Shown piece after piece: positions 50,226-63,234 of a stretch of 64,000 nucleotides of DNA. Origin of the DNA: Mobula hypostoma. Taxonomy: Eukaryota. The notes below the pieces were generated by a model. The model was not told where the DNA came from. It saw nothing but the letters and a program-made list of their open reading frames with translations, and did no database searches. Within the stretch, counting starts at the first letter, position 1. The number at the start of each line of letters is the position of its first letter. The stretch is taken from NCBI RefSeq assembly GCF_963921235.1, contig NC_086108.1:5394001-5458000 (forward strand). Direction: 5' to 3'. A program made the position numbers and the translations under genes.

Positions 50226-52619
50226 GTGCGCTGGGGCTCGGGCAATCACGAAATAATCAGGAAAATAATTGGAGTACGAGTAGTATGCGCCAGATAAACC
50301 TCCACCCAAATATCAACAACCACTGCAAGGGTGCGTGTTTTCCCGAAATCCCTCTTCTACATCTGCAGCAGTTAGAGCGGTGTGGTGATTTGTATTTTAA
50401 CTCTGCGTGCGCCCACAAGGCGCCGCACCGGGGAAAGAAACTCTGTGCAATACTCTGTGGAATTCATTGCCACAGACGGCCGTGGAGGCTAAGTCAGTGG
50501 ATATATTTAAAGAGGTTCTTGATTAGTGTGGGGTGTCAAAGATTCCGAGGAGAAGGCGAGAGAATGGGGATGAGGGGGCATAATAAATCAGCCACGATGG
50601 AACACAGTCGATGGGGCGAACGGCAATACCAAGCGGATTAGGCAACATCTGTGGAGCCGTTACAGTCACTGGTTCCGGTGTCTGACCCCATCGTCAGCTG
50701 CTGCCTGGCAGTTTCATTCAATTTTCTGATTCATAGATTTCAAATGACCTCATAGAGGTGTATAAGATCTTGAGAGCCATAGAAAACAAGAATACAATAT
50801 CGGGGGCGGGGGGGGCGTGCTTGGGTTTAAGGTGACAGGAGTTGATACTTCACACCAGAAAAAAAAATTGGGAGAGAATTAGGCCATTCAGCCCATCGAG
50901 TCACCTCCACCATTCAATCATGGCTGATTTATCATTCTCCTGCCTTCTCCCTGTAACCTTTGACACCCTAACTAACCAAGAACCTATCAACCTCCGCCTG
51001 TACAATCAATCTATGTATATAAGCTCTCTTGTGTATTTATATTTATTGTGTTTTTATCATTGTCGTCTTTATCTTACTGTGCATTATTTTGGGCTGAACT
51101 AGAGCCAGTGTAACAATTATTTCGTTTTCCTTTACAGTCGTGTACTGCAAATGACATTAAACAGTCTTGAGTCTGATGAAGGAGAATTCAACGCTCATGC
51201 CACTGGGGCTGTAAACTATCCAGGCAGACTGTGAGGTTCTGATCTTCTAGTTTACAAACCCAATGACATGAGTGTGTTTATCCCTCTACCAACTTCACTG
51301 AGAGCTCACCATCCATCGAATCAGATTTAATATCACTGGCAGTTGTTGTATAATTTATTGTTTCACACCAGCGGTACATGGCAAAACATCATAATAATAA
51401 TACTATAAATGACAATAAGAAATATTTATAAAAATCAAGTTAAGTGATTTTTCTGCTCTCTTAAGTGAGCGCACAAAATAGAGCAAGGTATGAGTTCATA
51501 GTCCACTCAGAAATCTGATGGCAGAGGAGAAGAAGCTGTTCCTGAAATGTTGCGGCTGTTTTCAGGCCCTTGTACCAGTTCCTTCATAGTGACAATGAGA
51601 AGAGGGCATGTCCTGGGTGACGATGGTCCGTAAATGATGGATGCCAACTACTTGGGGCATCGCCTTTTGAAGGTGTCCTCAGTTTTGGGGGGGCCAGTGC
51701 CCATGATGGAGCTGGCTGTGTATGCAACTTTCTGCAGCTTATTCTGATCCTGTGCAGTGCCTTCCCGCATACCAAACAGTGATGCAACCAGTTGGAATGC
51801 TCTGCTCAGTATATCTGCAGAAATTTGTGGGAGTCTTAGATGAGAGTCTTAGAGTGGTAGCTGTGTGGAATGAGCTTCCAGAAGAAGTGGTTAAGGCAGG
51901 TTCGATGTTGTCATTTAAAGTTAAATTGGATAGCTATATGGACAGGAAAGGAATGGAGGGTTATGGGCTGAGTGCGGGTCGGTGGGACTAGGTGAGATTA
52001 AGAGTTCGGCACGGACTAGAAGGGCAGAAATGGCCTGTTTCAGTGCTGTAATTGTTATATGGTTATATACCAAATCTCCTCAAACTCCTAATGAAACGTA
52101 GCCACTGCTGTGCCTTCCTTATAATTGCGTCGATATGCTGGACCCAGTTTGCTGCAGATCCTCAGAGACGTTGACCCCCAGGAACTTGAAACTGCTCACT
52201 CTTTCCACTGCTAATCCCTCGACGATGGTTGGTGTGTGCTCCCTCAGCTTCCCCTTCCTGAAGTCTGTATTGTGGGATCTGCCTACCACGTGTCATTACA
52301 ATGGAGACCATACTCCAGAAGTACTAATGATATGAATATTGACTTCTTTAACTTCTGTTAACCACTTCCCTCTAATTACACATCCCTTACCTTTTCCCCT
52401 ACTTTGGTGGCCCTCTTGTCACTTCTCTTTTTCTATCTCACAGTCGTGACCTGCCCATCACTGCCTTCCGGTTTTATTTCAATGGCTTCCTTCTCCAGGT
52501 GGCCCCAGAAACCAGTGGCACAGCACAATAGTTTTGTGCCATCTAAGTAATCCTAAGGCCAATGTTCTGCTACTGCTGATTTCCACGGGTAACCCGAAAG
52601 GATGAAAATCCTGTGCTCC

Positions 52620-52850
52620 TTGAGACTAGAATTTTAACAAAGACCAAGGTCTCGCTTGAAGTAAGAACTGGAATTCGATTGTAAACAGGGTGGAACAGCG
52701 CACACCTGATTGGATGAGGACTAATCAATCAGGAGGGACGGGGGTATCTATACCCCCGGAGTAGACATGCCTAGGCATCAGCCCTGATGAAGATGGCAGG
52801 GTTTGTCATTGCAACATCGGTTCAAGTGACAATAGACACAGGAATGTCTG
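52620..52850 (+). mobile_element. Penelope-like element of a second family: GIY-YIG C-terminus + degenerate hammerhead (52780-52822)
   Basis: NFNKDQGLA*SKNWNSI, then agcc CTGATGA a gatggcag ggt ttgtcatt GCAA catc ggtt. Confidence 0.65.
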
Positions 52851-54526
52851 TACATAAGGTGGCTGAGAGGAAATGATAAAGTAGTGGTAGTTTTTAATGG
52901 GTGGAGGTGTTGATCAACCTTACTGCTTGGGAAAAGTAACTGTTCCTGAGTCTGGTGGTGGATGTTACGTACCTCCTCCCTGATGGAAGTGTGACAAACA
53001 GTCCGTGAGTAGGGTGGGTGCAATCCGTTATGATGTCGCTGGCCCTTTTCTGTATACATGTACTTGATAGGCGTGTATTCTGGTGCTGGTGATGCGTTGC
53101 ACAGTTCTGACTACCTATTGCAGTGTCTTATTGTCTGTTGCAGTGCAGGTAACCTGCTCTCCCCTCCCCCCCCCGCCCCCCCCCGTCCCTTTCTCTCTCC
53201 CTCTGATGCACCCAGCCCCTCTCACACATACACCTTTTCCTAGTGTCCTCCCCAGCCACCGTCAACCGGTTTCTTCCCCTCTCCCCACCCCCCTCTGCTC
53301 AATGACTCTAAGTACCTTGGCGAGGGCTTTGAAGTTTTCTGAGCAGCTAGGGGTGGATTTAGGAGCATCTTGCTCTGACTGCCTAACCGGCTGTGACATC
53401 AGCTGCATCTGCTCCTGTCCGCATGTTGTAGGGAAAGGATAGCCACCGAGCCGTAGGCACGGTGGTATTTCAGAAAATGTCGACACCCCTGGAAGGATTG
53501 CAAGGCAGTCAAGTTGACATTTTACACTTGAATCTCAAGACATCTCTCACAGCATTGGTCCCAATTCCATCGGGGGGGGGGGGGGGGGAGGCTACATAGC
53601 ATCCATGCCAGGACCACCAGAATCAAAAACAGTAACTTTCCCCAGGCAGTGAGACTGATCAACACCTCCACCTACTAACCGACCCCACCACACCCCCCAA
53701 ACCACTACTTTATCATTTCCTGTCAGAGCCACTTTATATACACTCATTTACATAGTGTCACTTTATAGATATACAATCAGTCTGTGTACATAAGCTATCT
53801 TATGTATTTATATTTTTTTGTGTTTTTTTTATAATTCGGGTTTTTTTTAATCTTATCTTCTTTGTGGTGCATCAGATCCAGAGTAAAGTCAAATCAACGT
53901 CAAAGCAAATTTTATTATCAGAGTACCATATACAACCCTGAGATTCTTTTTCTGCGGGCATACTCAGCAAATCTATAGAATAGTAACTATAACAGGCTCA
54001 ATGAAAGATCAAGCAGAGCGTAGAGCACTGCGCAAATGCAAATATAAATAAATAGCAAGAAACAATAAGAACATGAAATAACAAGACAAACAGCCCTTAA
54101 AGTGAGATTATTGGTGTTGGAACATCTCAATAGATGGGCAGGTGAACGTAGTTAACCCCTTTTATTCAAGAGCCTGATGGTTCAGGAATAGGAATTGTTC
54201 TTGAACCTGGTGATGTGAGTCCTGAGGCTCTTGTACCTTCTACCTGGTGGCAGCATGGCCTGGGTGGTGAGGATATCTGAGGATGGATGCTGCTCTCCTA
54301 CAACAGTGTTTCATGCGGATGTGCTCAATAGTCAGAGGAGAGCAAGATTGCACCAGAGATCACTGGTGATTTTCTGAGTAACAATTGTTTTGTCTTCCTT
54401 TACACTTGTGTACTGGAAATGACTATAAACACTTGAATCTTGTACTTGTTAAAAACATCAGTTACTTGTTTACTATTTTTGGGCATATCACGTGTTCATT
54501 TTGGGATCTCTACTTATTAAATAAGA

Positions 54527-55701
54527 CATAGAAACATAGAAACATAGAAACATAGAAAATAGGTGCAGGAGTAGGCCATTCGGCCCTTCGAGCCTGCACC
54601 GCCATTTATTATGATCATGGCTGATCATCCAACTCAGAACCCAGCCTTCCCTCCATACCCCGTGACCCCTGTAGCCACAAGGGCCATATCTAACTTCCTT
54701 TTAAACATAGCTAATGAACTGGCCTCAACAGTTTGCTGTGGCAGAGAATTCCACAGATTCACCACTCTCTGTGTGAAGAAGTTTTTCCTAACCTCGGTCC
54801 TAAAAGGCTTCCCCTCTATCCTCAAACTGTGACCCCTCGTTCTAGACCTCCCCAACATCGGGAACAATCTTCCCGCATCTAGCCTGTCCAATCCCTTTAG
54901 GATCTTATACGTTTCAATCAGATCCCCCCTCAATCTTCTAAATTCCAACGAGTACAAGCCCAGTTCATCCAGTCTTTCTTCATATGAAAGACCTGCCATC
55001 CCAGGAATCAATCTGGTGAACCTTCTTTGTACTCCCTCTATGGCAAGGATGTCTTTCCTCAGATTAGGGGACCAAAACTGCACACAATACTCCAGGTGTG
55101 GTCTCACCAAGGCCTTGTACAACTGCAGTAGTACCTCCCTGCTCCTGTACTCGAATCCTCTCGCTATAAATGCCAGCATACCGTTCGCCTTTTTCACCGC
55201 CTGCTGTACCTGCATGCCCACTTTCAATGACTGGTGTATAATGACACCCAGGTCTCGTTGCACCTCCCCTTTTCCTAATCGGCCACCATTCAGATAATAA
55301 TCTGTTTTCCTATTTTTGCCACCAAAGTGGATAACTTCACATTTATCCACATTAAATTGCATCTGCCATGAGTTTGCCCACTCACCCAACCTATCCAAGT
55401 CACCCTGCATCCTCTTAGCATCCTCCTCACTGCTAACACTGCCACCCAGCTTCGTGTCATCCGCAAACTTGGAGATGCTGCATTTAATTCCCTCATCCAA
55501 GTCATTAATATATATTGTAAACAACTGGAGTCCCAGCACTGAGCCTTGCGGTACCCCACTAGTCACCGCCTGCCATTCTGAAAAGGTCCCGTTTATTCCC
55601 ACTCTTTGCTTCCTGTCTGCTAACCAATTCTCCACCCACACCAATACCTTACCCCCAATACCATGTGCTTTAAGTTTGCACACTAATCTCCTGTGTGGGA
55701 C
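54527..55701 (-). mobile_element. Young 5'-truncated CR1 LINE (same subfamily as the 24.7-kb and 45.1-kb copies)
   Basis: Open RT (KFADDTK); (CATAGAAA)n tail; possible TSD GACATA at 54525-54530 and 55699-55704. Confidence 0.95.
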
Positions 55702-56874
55702 ATATTTCTCTTCCGATATCATAGATTTGTGGAGCCATTAGTGTAACATGCTTCATTTTGGAATGGTTAACTCAATTACTGCTTCAGCTTGATTTCAAAA
55801 ATATGTTATAAAATATTAAGTCTGTGCCTGGTCACATGACGTAGCACAGTGGTCGCCACTTTTGCTTTGAAGTCAACGTTTAAGCTGCAATCTGACTCAT
55901 GACAAAAATCCAGGCTGTGATCTCAGCACGGAACAGCGTTTAGGGCAGCAATGAAGGTCCTCCATCTCTGTATAGGAGGAATCTTCATTGCTGTTTCTGT
56001 AATAATTGATTTTTTGACCAGTCAGGGTTGCTAGCCCTGAGTTGAACCTCCAAACCCAAAGAACTGGTGGACCACTCTGAGTCTGTCCTCTACCCTTTGA
56101 CCTGTTTGGCATGAATAACCCAACCAAGAGCTAAAGCATAAAGCCCTGACTCCAGCCAACATAGCTCTCCAGATGATTGAGTCACACAAGGTTGTGGTCT
56201 TCTTGGAGCAGATAAAGTACTGAAACAGCATTATTCTGAATAAAGTGCATGCGGGTAACACGCTCAGAAGGCTGGATGAACTCAGCAGGTCAGGTAGCAT
56301 CTTTGGAAAGGGAATAAACAGTTGATGTTTGGGCTGAGACCCATCTTCATGACTGGGGACTCTATAGATACTGCCTGGCCTGCTGTGTGTTGCTCTGAAT
56401 AAGCTAGCATTTCAATTGGCGAAGTTCGGGTTGGTCAACAACCCTTTGAAGGATCTGACAAGTGCACAAGCTTCCAGCACATTTAGCAGTTCAGGCAACA
56501 CCTAGGCAGGGAAATGGATGGTCAATATTTCCGATTTGGACTGAGACAGAATCCAGATGGAGGGTCTCAACTTGTAACGTTGACCATCTATCTCCTTCCG
56601 TTCATGTTGCCTGACCTGCTGAGTTCTTCTGGCATTTTGTGTGTGTTAATCTGGAATACTACCATCTGTAGAATTTCTTGTGTTTATGAAGTGCATGGGG
56701 GAAGGTCTTTGGTCTGTAGAACTGACATTTCTCTCTCAACCAATATCACTTAGGTGGGTATGTTGGTCAGTACTGACAGGTTGGGTTGAAAGGCCAGTTT
56801 CCATGTTTTGTTATTCTATGATCACTAAAGCAGATTATCTGAGCAGAGCACCTTCGCTCCATCCACAAAAATTG

Positions 56875-57380
56875 GATTTTGCAGTCACCAGCCAGTCTCC
56901 ACTCCCATTCTGACATGTCAAAACATGGCCTCTTCTACTGCTATAACGAGGCCAGACTCAGGATAGAGGAGCAACACCTCATATCCCATCTGGGTAGCCT
57001 CCAACTTGATGGCATGAACATCATTTCCTCTAACTTCCAGTAATTTTCTCCCCTCCCCTATTCAATTCCTCACTCTTACTTCTCTTCTCCTCACCTGCTT
57101 ATCCCTTCCTCCTTCCCTTTCTCCTATCTTCTCAGATTCCTTCTTCTACAGCCCTTTACCCATCATCTCCAACTTCTTAGTTCATTCTCCATCCCCTTCA
57201 CTTATCACCTTTCAGCTTGTACTTCTTCCCCTCCACTACCCACAAACTTTCTTGCTCTGGAATCTTCCCCCTTCCTTTCCAGTCCTGATGAAAGGTCTCG
57301 GCCAGAAACATTGAGTCTTTATTGCACTTCACAGATGCTGCCTGACCTATTAGGTTCCTCCAGCATTTTCCATGTGTTTA
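56875..57380 (+). mobile_element. Penelope-like element 3' end: ORF C-terminus, pyrimidine-rich UTR, hammerhead
   Basis: GLFYCYNEARLRIEEQHLISHLGSLQLDGMNIISSNFQ* resembles the C-terminus of PLE GIY-YIG domains and runs into the terminal repeat. Confidence 0.78.
57280..57317 (+). ncRNA. Minimal hammerhead ribozyme motif (core boxes intact, stems eroded)
   Basis: cagtc CTGATGA aaggtctcggcca GAAA catt gagtc. Confidence 0.55.
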
Positions 57381-57564
57381 TCTGACCATTATTACGACAG
57401 TGGAACCTTTAACTGCCATATTTCCCACATTAACAAGAAGCTGGGAGATTATAAAGTTGCATTTTCACATCTTTCTTTGAAGCTTTCTGCTGCTTTTTTT
57501 TGGTTAGAGTTGTGGTAGTGATGTTAGCAAGTGACTATGCTGGATGCCAGGTCCCCAGGAATCC

Positions 57565-58190
57565 TGGTGTCACAGGCTGACAGGGTCATAAAGAGCTTTT
57601 GGCACATTGATCTTCACAAATCAAAGTATTGAGTACAGGAGCTGGAATGTTATGCTGAAGTTGTATAAGACATCGGTGAGGCCTAATTTAGAGTATTGTG
57701 AGCAGTTCTGGTCACCCTCCTACAGGCAAGATATCAATAAAATTGAAAGAGTGCCCAGAATATTTACAAGGATGATGCCAGGACTTGAGGGATCTGAGTT
57801 ACACGATAAGGTTGAATAGGTTACAACTTTATTCCCTAGAGCCTGGGAGATTTGATAGAGGTATACAAAATTATTAGAAATATAGACGGGTTAAATGCAA
57901 GCAGACTTTTTCCACTGAGGTCGGGTGGAAGTAAAACTAGTGGTCATGGGTTGAGGGTGAAAGGTAAAATATTTGAAGGGAACTTTTTCCACACAAAGAG
58001 CAGTGAGAGCGTGGAACTAGCTGTCAGCACAAATGGTGGATGAGGTTTCAATTTCAGCATTTAACAACAATTTGGATAAGTATATGGATGAGAGGGGTTT
58101 GGAGGTCTCTATTCCCAGTGCAGGTCAATGATATGAGGCAGAATAACAGTTCAGTATGGACTAGATGGGCCAAAGGACCTGTTTCTGTGC
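57565..58190 (+). mobile_element. CR1 3' fragment
   Basis: LYKTSVRPNLEYCEQFWSP. Confidence 0.8.
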
Positions 58191-59744
58191 AAAAGTTGTA
58201 TAATGAGCACACATTAATGTATACTAAGCACACATCAACCATTCTGGGATGGATGCTTGATCAAAATCCCAACTCCACCTGGCTATCTCGCCTGCAGCTT
58301 CTCGAGAAAGCAGTGAGACAACTATTAAAGAACAAAAACTAATCTAGAAAATACCAGGATTCACTTTATTTATTTGGGGCACTATAACACTTAATTGGGA
58401 CAAGAGACTGTTGCCAAACCATTCCTAACTAGCGTCAGTCACATATATTTATTTATTGAAGGTTGGAGGCCCAATATTTATTTATTGATTAGATACAATG
58501 CGAAATAGGCCCTTCTGTTCCTTTCAGCAATTCTCCGATTTATTTCTCGCATAATCACAGGACAATTTAAAATGACTGATTAACCTACAAATCAGTAGGT
58601 CTTTGGACTGTGGGAGAAAACCAGAACACACTAAGGAAACCTACATGGTCATGGGGAGAAGTTACAAACTCCTTGCAGGCAGCAGTGGGAATTGAACCTG
58701 GGTCTCCTGTACTGTAATGCATTATATGTTGACTATGCTACCACATGTGGCCATATGACACTAACTATACTGTGCTTTGAGCGAAAAGTTTTTTAATAGC
58801 ATCAGTTGTATGTGTTTGTGTTTAAAAAGTGATTTTTGTCACTAATAGCTAGCAAGAAATAATCAGTAAGGCAATTCAGGACTGTTTTGCTCACCGTGGT
58901 TTCAAACATTCAGGCTTGGAGAAGCCAGAGAGAAAATGAAATGATTTCACTACTTCAACTTGAAGAATTTGAAAGTATTGGCAATCATCTTGAATGTTAC
59001 AATAAATAATGAACATTTGGAGAATGCAATTGTACGCATTGTATGAAGGCAGTCCAGACATCTGTACCAGGTGTCTGCACTGATTTTTTAGTCAATCACA
59101 AGAATACGGTAGCATACACTGGATGAATTCCTCCGTCGAGAACAATGAACTAATATAGTTTTATAGAACTGCAGTAGTATTGGTAGTGTTGTAATATGTT
59201 CTGCATTTCATTTAAATACATAAATTATTACCGTTTGTCTTTTTTAAATACCTTTTTAGCGATTTCCATGAAATTTTGGCTAACTGTGATAGCCATTTAA
59301 TTAGCCAAAATGTATTGGTCCCTATGTGTCTCAATTAACCGGAACCTACTGTAGCTCCATCCCACCGTCAATGCCAAAATCAGAGAGAAATGAACATAGG
59401 ATGTTGTAAGCAATATCTCTGCTTAATGTGCCTGTAACATCATGCAAGACCGGCCTGAATATTACACTTGGATGACAGACGCTGGAATCTGTAGTAATAC
59501 ACAAGGACTTGGCAGGTCAGACAACATCCGAGGAAGGAAATGGATGGTCAATGGTGCAGATCTACAGTTGTTGGGACTCAAAGCATCGACTGTCCATCTC
59601 CATCACAGATGCTGCCTGACCAGCTGAGTTTCGTGTCCTTTCTGTGTTACTGAATATTAATCTTGTCCAGTTTGAGTGAAGGTAGGATGTTTTAAGCAAT
59701 ATCTCCATTTAATATGCATATATCATAAAAGACTGGCCTGAATA

Positions 59745-60549
59745 CACTGGACAACAAAAATTTGCTTCCTGAATACTTTACGGTGTACCTTATAAATTTT
59801 TGGGCTTCTAATCAAGAAAATCATCATGAAATTTCCCTATCAGGCACAATGCTTTTTTAAAAAAATCACCGGTATCTGTTATTTCAATTAATAATTCAAG
59901 TCAAAATAACTGATGTCAAGATTAAGGAGGGATTTTTGTTAGTTCATAAATCAAACAGGTCATCAATGACAGGCATTTTGAAGAATTTCTAGTGGGACCA
60001 GAGGAAATCACACGGAAGGCATTGAAGAATGTTGTTGAAAGTTTTCTTGGCAACTACAGAACACCAAACTATATGCAGCTGGCTGACAGCATGCTTCAAA
60101 CATACAAAACCATGAAGTGCAACATGTCACTAACGATTCATTTTCTGCATTCCCATTTAGACTTCTTCCCTGCAAATCTTGGTGCTGTCAGTGACGGGCA
60201 TGGTGAAAGATTTCACCAGGACATTGTGGTCATGGAGAAATGCTATCAGGGCAACTGGAATCCATTAATGCTGGCTGATTATCGTTGGGCACTTAAGCGA
60301 GAATCCTCAGACACTTGAGTACAAATGAAAATGATCAATAAAACATTTTTAGCTTAGTTGAACTATTGCAAAGTATCAGCACTGTTATGCAATTAAACGC
60401 ATTATATTCAATAAAAGTTAATTTCTTGTTTCTCCAAAATCCTACATGATATAAGTAGTCTGAAATTATATTTGCATTCAGCTTTAAAAATTCTATCATT
60501 AAAAAAAAACTGAGGAAGCAACACTTCCAAAAAAATTTGTTGTCCAGTG
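59745..60549 (+). mobile_element. CMC/Chapaev-3-like DNA transposon, internally deleted (second copy)
   Basis: TIR CACTGGACAACAAA ... TTTGTTGTCCAGTG; HFLHSHLDFFPANLGAVSDGHGERFHQDI. Confidence 0.8.
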
Positions 60550-60649
60550 CTATCAACGTATGTACAGTGTACTGTATATAACCTTGAGATCCATCTTCCA
60601 CTACAGACAGCACATTGACTACAAGCAATCTCCGAATACACAGTAGTTC

Positions 60650-60870
60650 AGGCATTACCCGGGTTCAATTTGCAATGCTGCCTGTGAGGGGTTTGTGAAT
60701 TCTCCCTGTGAATGTGTGGGTGTCCTACGGGTGCTCCAGTTTCCTCTCACATTCCAACGATGTACCGGTTGGTGGGTTAAATGGTGACAAGGGTGTAATT
60801 GGGTGGCATGGACTCATTGGGCCAGAAGAACTTTCTACTGAGTTGTATCTCGAAATAAAATAAAAGATAA
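60650..60870 (+). mobile_element. V-SINE/HE1-like SINE (other copies at ~58550-58745 and ~63270-63440, minus strand)
   Basis: GGGTTCAATT B-box-like motif + GGGTGCTCCAGTTTCCTCTCACATTCC. Confidence 0.6.
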
Positions 60871-61886
60871 AGTAGAGATTTGTCCTTCAGGTACAACTTA
60901 AACATTTCAAAATTAGCATCAGTCAGCAACGTTATTGAGTAAAGAGGGAAGCTTTGGGGTTCTAATGTTTTCTGACATTCATTCTTTGTGGTTTTTTTCC
61001 TGTTTCGTGGAAGTTTGTTAAGAGTAAGGATTTCAGGTTGCATACTGTATACATTCTCTGATATTAAATTGAACCATTTGAAACTGGCTACCCAGTCAAA
61101 GCACAAATCAAACTACAGTAGCAAGAGATGAATTAAAATATTTTTTATATCTTCTCAGAAGCATGAAAAATAAACGCATGGGAATAAAGGGTGCCTTATA
61201 AACACCGAGGGTTAGGCATAAAACACTCCAAAAGGCAATAACTTTGTAAAATGGCCTGCACCAGATGTTCCTCAGTGCTAAGGTATCCCAACGTGACACA
61301 TACCCACGAATGGCAAGAGTTCTGTAATGAAGTAAACAGTCAGATTTATCCAAGTCCCCTTATAACAGGGGTTCCCAGCCTTTTCTTATGCCATGCACTA
61401 ATACCATGAAGCAAGAGGTCTGTGGACCCCAGGGTGGGAACCCCCGCCTTAGAAGTAGTGACAGTGACCACATTGCACCAGAATAAACTGTGAATGAGGG
61501 AAAAAAAGTCCCAGCAAAGTCAGCGCGACGATGGCTTGACTGATAACGAGGCGTCACTTAAACCCGTGCGCCAAGGCAGTGATCATATACAAAATATCTA
61601 CACCAAAGTTTACTAACCCCTTCAAAAAGCTTTACCACCCTTCCCATTAACACACGCACACACAAAAGAAAACAACAGGGTTCTGAATAAATTATCAAAA
61701 CTAAATCTAAATGCTATTTAAAATCTTGTTCTCTCCCATTATCCTCTCAATAGATTCCTATGTTGATCTTTTGGGTGGAAAGTTTCCCAGACGACGTTGT
61801 TTCAGTCGGTGGGAGAATGGTGTGTTGCTGTGAACGAAGGGACACCTAATGTACGTATAAAAATAAAGTGTCACGTGTGCCTTTTG

Positions 61887-62429
61887 TTACTTCAGCTTCT
61901 TGCCCAGCCGTTCGAACACACTGATGGTCGCCGTGGAGTCCATCTGAGCCAGGCGACCCTCCGTACTGCTGGTCACTTTGGTACCGGCCGGAGTCCGTGC
62001 CGTGTTCTTGATGGTCACAGTGAACTCCGGGCTGCCACGGCTTTTTGTACTGGTGACTTTGTTGTCCTGTGTGTCGGCCTCAGTGGGGGCAGGCTTCCCC
62101 AGCCTCTGCCTGATGCTGACCTTGGCTTGGCTCGCCGACTGCAGGCGGGTGGTGGGGACCACTCCTGTTGCCTGTACACCCTTGCCGGGCACAGTCCTAC
62201 TGCTAGCTTTCGGGACCGCCAGTCGTCTTATCGTGGTGGCAGAGGCTTTGGCTCTCGCTGCTGCAGCTCTCTCCTTGGTTAGGAGCGGAAGCGTGGGGCT
62301 CTCCTGAGCGGACGCAGTCGGAGCCCTCTTCAAGACCCCGGCGTACTGAAGCACAGAACCAGCTTCGTCGTCATCACTGCTCTCCTTCTGACAGACTACT
62401 TCACCCAGGCGGCTGAACACTCCCGTCGG
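61887..62429 (-). CDS. C19orf47: C19orf47 homologue, last coding exon
   Basis: Acceptor TTCTCTTTCAG|CCG at 62430/62429 (phase 0); PTGVFSRLG...SVLQYAGVLK...KVSIRQRLG...QDNKVTSTKS...AQMDSTATISVFERLG; stop TAA at 61887-61889. Confidence 0.9.
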   Translation of the reverse strand, partial: PTGVFSRLGEVVCQKESSDDDEAGSVLQYAGVLKRAPTASAQESPTLPLLTKERAAAARAKASATTIRRLAVPKASSRTVPGKGVQATGVVPTTRLQSASQAKVSIRQRLGKPAPTEADTQDNKVTSTKSRGSPEFTVTIKNTARTPAGTKVTSSTEGRLAQMDSTATISVFERLGKKLK

Positions 62430-62691
62430 CTGAAAGAGAATCCAAATTTCAGCAAAATCACTCTAACTACCATGAAGACATTTATACAGCAATATCATGA
62501 AGGATCCTGCCCACCCTGCTCATGGACTGATTGTCCCACTCCCATCAGGGAGAAGGTTAAGTAGATTCCTCACCAGGACCACCAGACTCAAAAACAATTA
62601 CTTCCCCCAAACCATCAGGTCGATCAAAATCTTCACCCATTAACCCACCCCACCACCCCCATAAAGACATCACCTAGCATCACTCTCTGTA

Positions 62692-62750
62692 CAGTACTGT
62701 ACAAAAGTCTTATTATAGAGCCAGGTTACTAAGACTTTTGCACAGTTCTG
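62692..62750. mobile_element. 59-bp Tc1-like mini-MITE
   Basis: TA-CAGTACTGTACAAAAGTCTTA ... TAAGACTTTTGCACAGTTCTG-TA. Confidence 0.75.
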
Positions 62751-63167
62751 TATTTGTTAACATGGAGTGGAGAGCAAGCTTGTAAATCTGGCTGGAGCAA
62801 CGGATGTTCAGAATGGCAAGGGTGGAGCACTGCGGGAGGGGTGTGGGACAGGTGGTAGAGAAGGAATGCCAGTGGGGGGTGGGGGTGGTGAGGGTGCAGA
62901 CACACCCAGCCCTGAGACACCAGGCAAGGTTACTCGATTCCAAACAATTGGTTTATTGATCATATGTCTCTCTGCTGTTTCCCACTCCCTCCCCGCTCTC
63001 TTCCCCTTTTCCCAAACATGATTCTTCTCTTCCTGCCCCTCTCCTCTTCCTTCCCATTCTCAGTCCACGATAGAGACCCATATCAGAGTCAGGTTTATCA
63101 TCACTCACATATGTCACGAAATTTGTGTTTTTTTGCTGCAGCTGTACTATGCAATACATCATTGCAA

Positions 63168-63234
63168 CAGTACTGTGCAAAAGTCTTAGGCGTCCTAGCT
63201 ATATAGACGTGACTAAAACTTTTGCACAGTTCTG
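63168..63234. mobile_element. 67-bp Tc1-like mini-MITE (same family)
   Basis: CAGTACTGTGCAAAAGTCTTAG ... CTAAAACTTTTGCACAGTTCTG-TA. Confidence 0.72.

Noticed and set aside
49450..50309. Long Cys/Val-rich ORFs (257-272 aa)
   Set aside because: Translations of the (TG)n microsatellite.
61797..62307. Plus-strand ORFs overlapping the C19orf47 exon, and similar antisense ORFs over LINEs
   Set aside because: Shadow ORFs of GC-rich coding sequence with no recognisable motifs.
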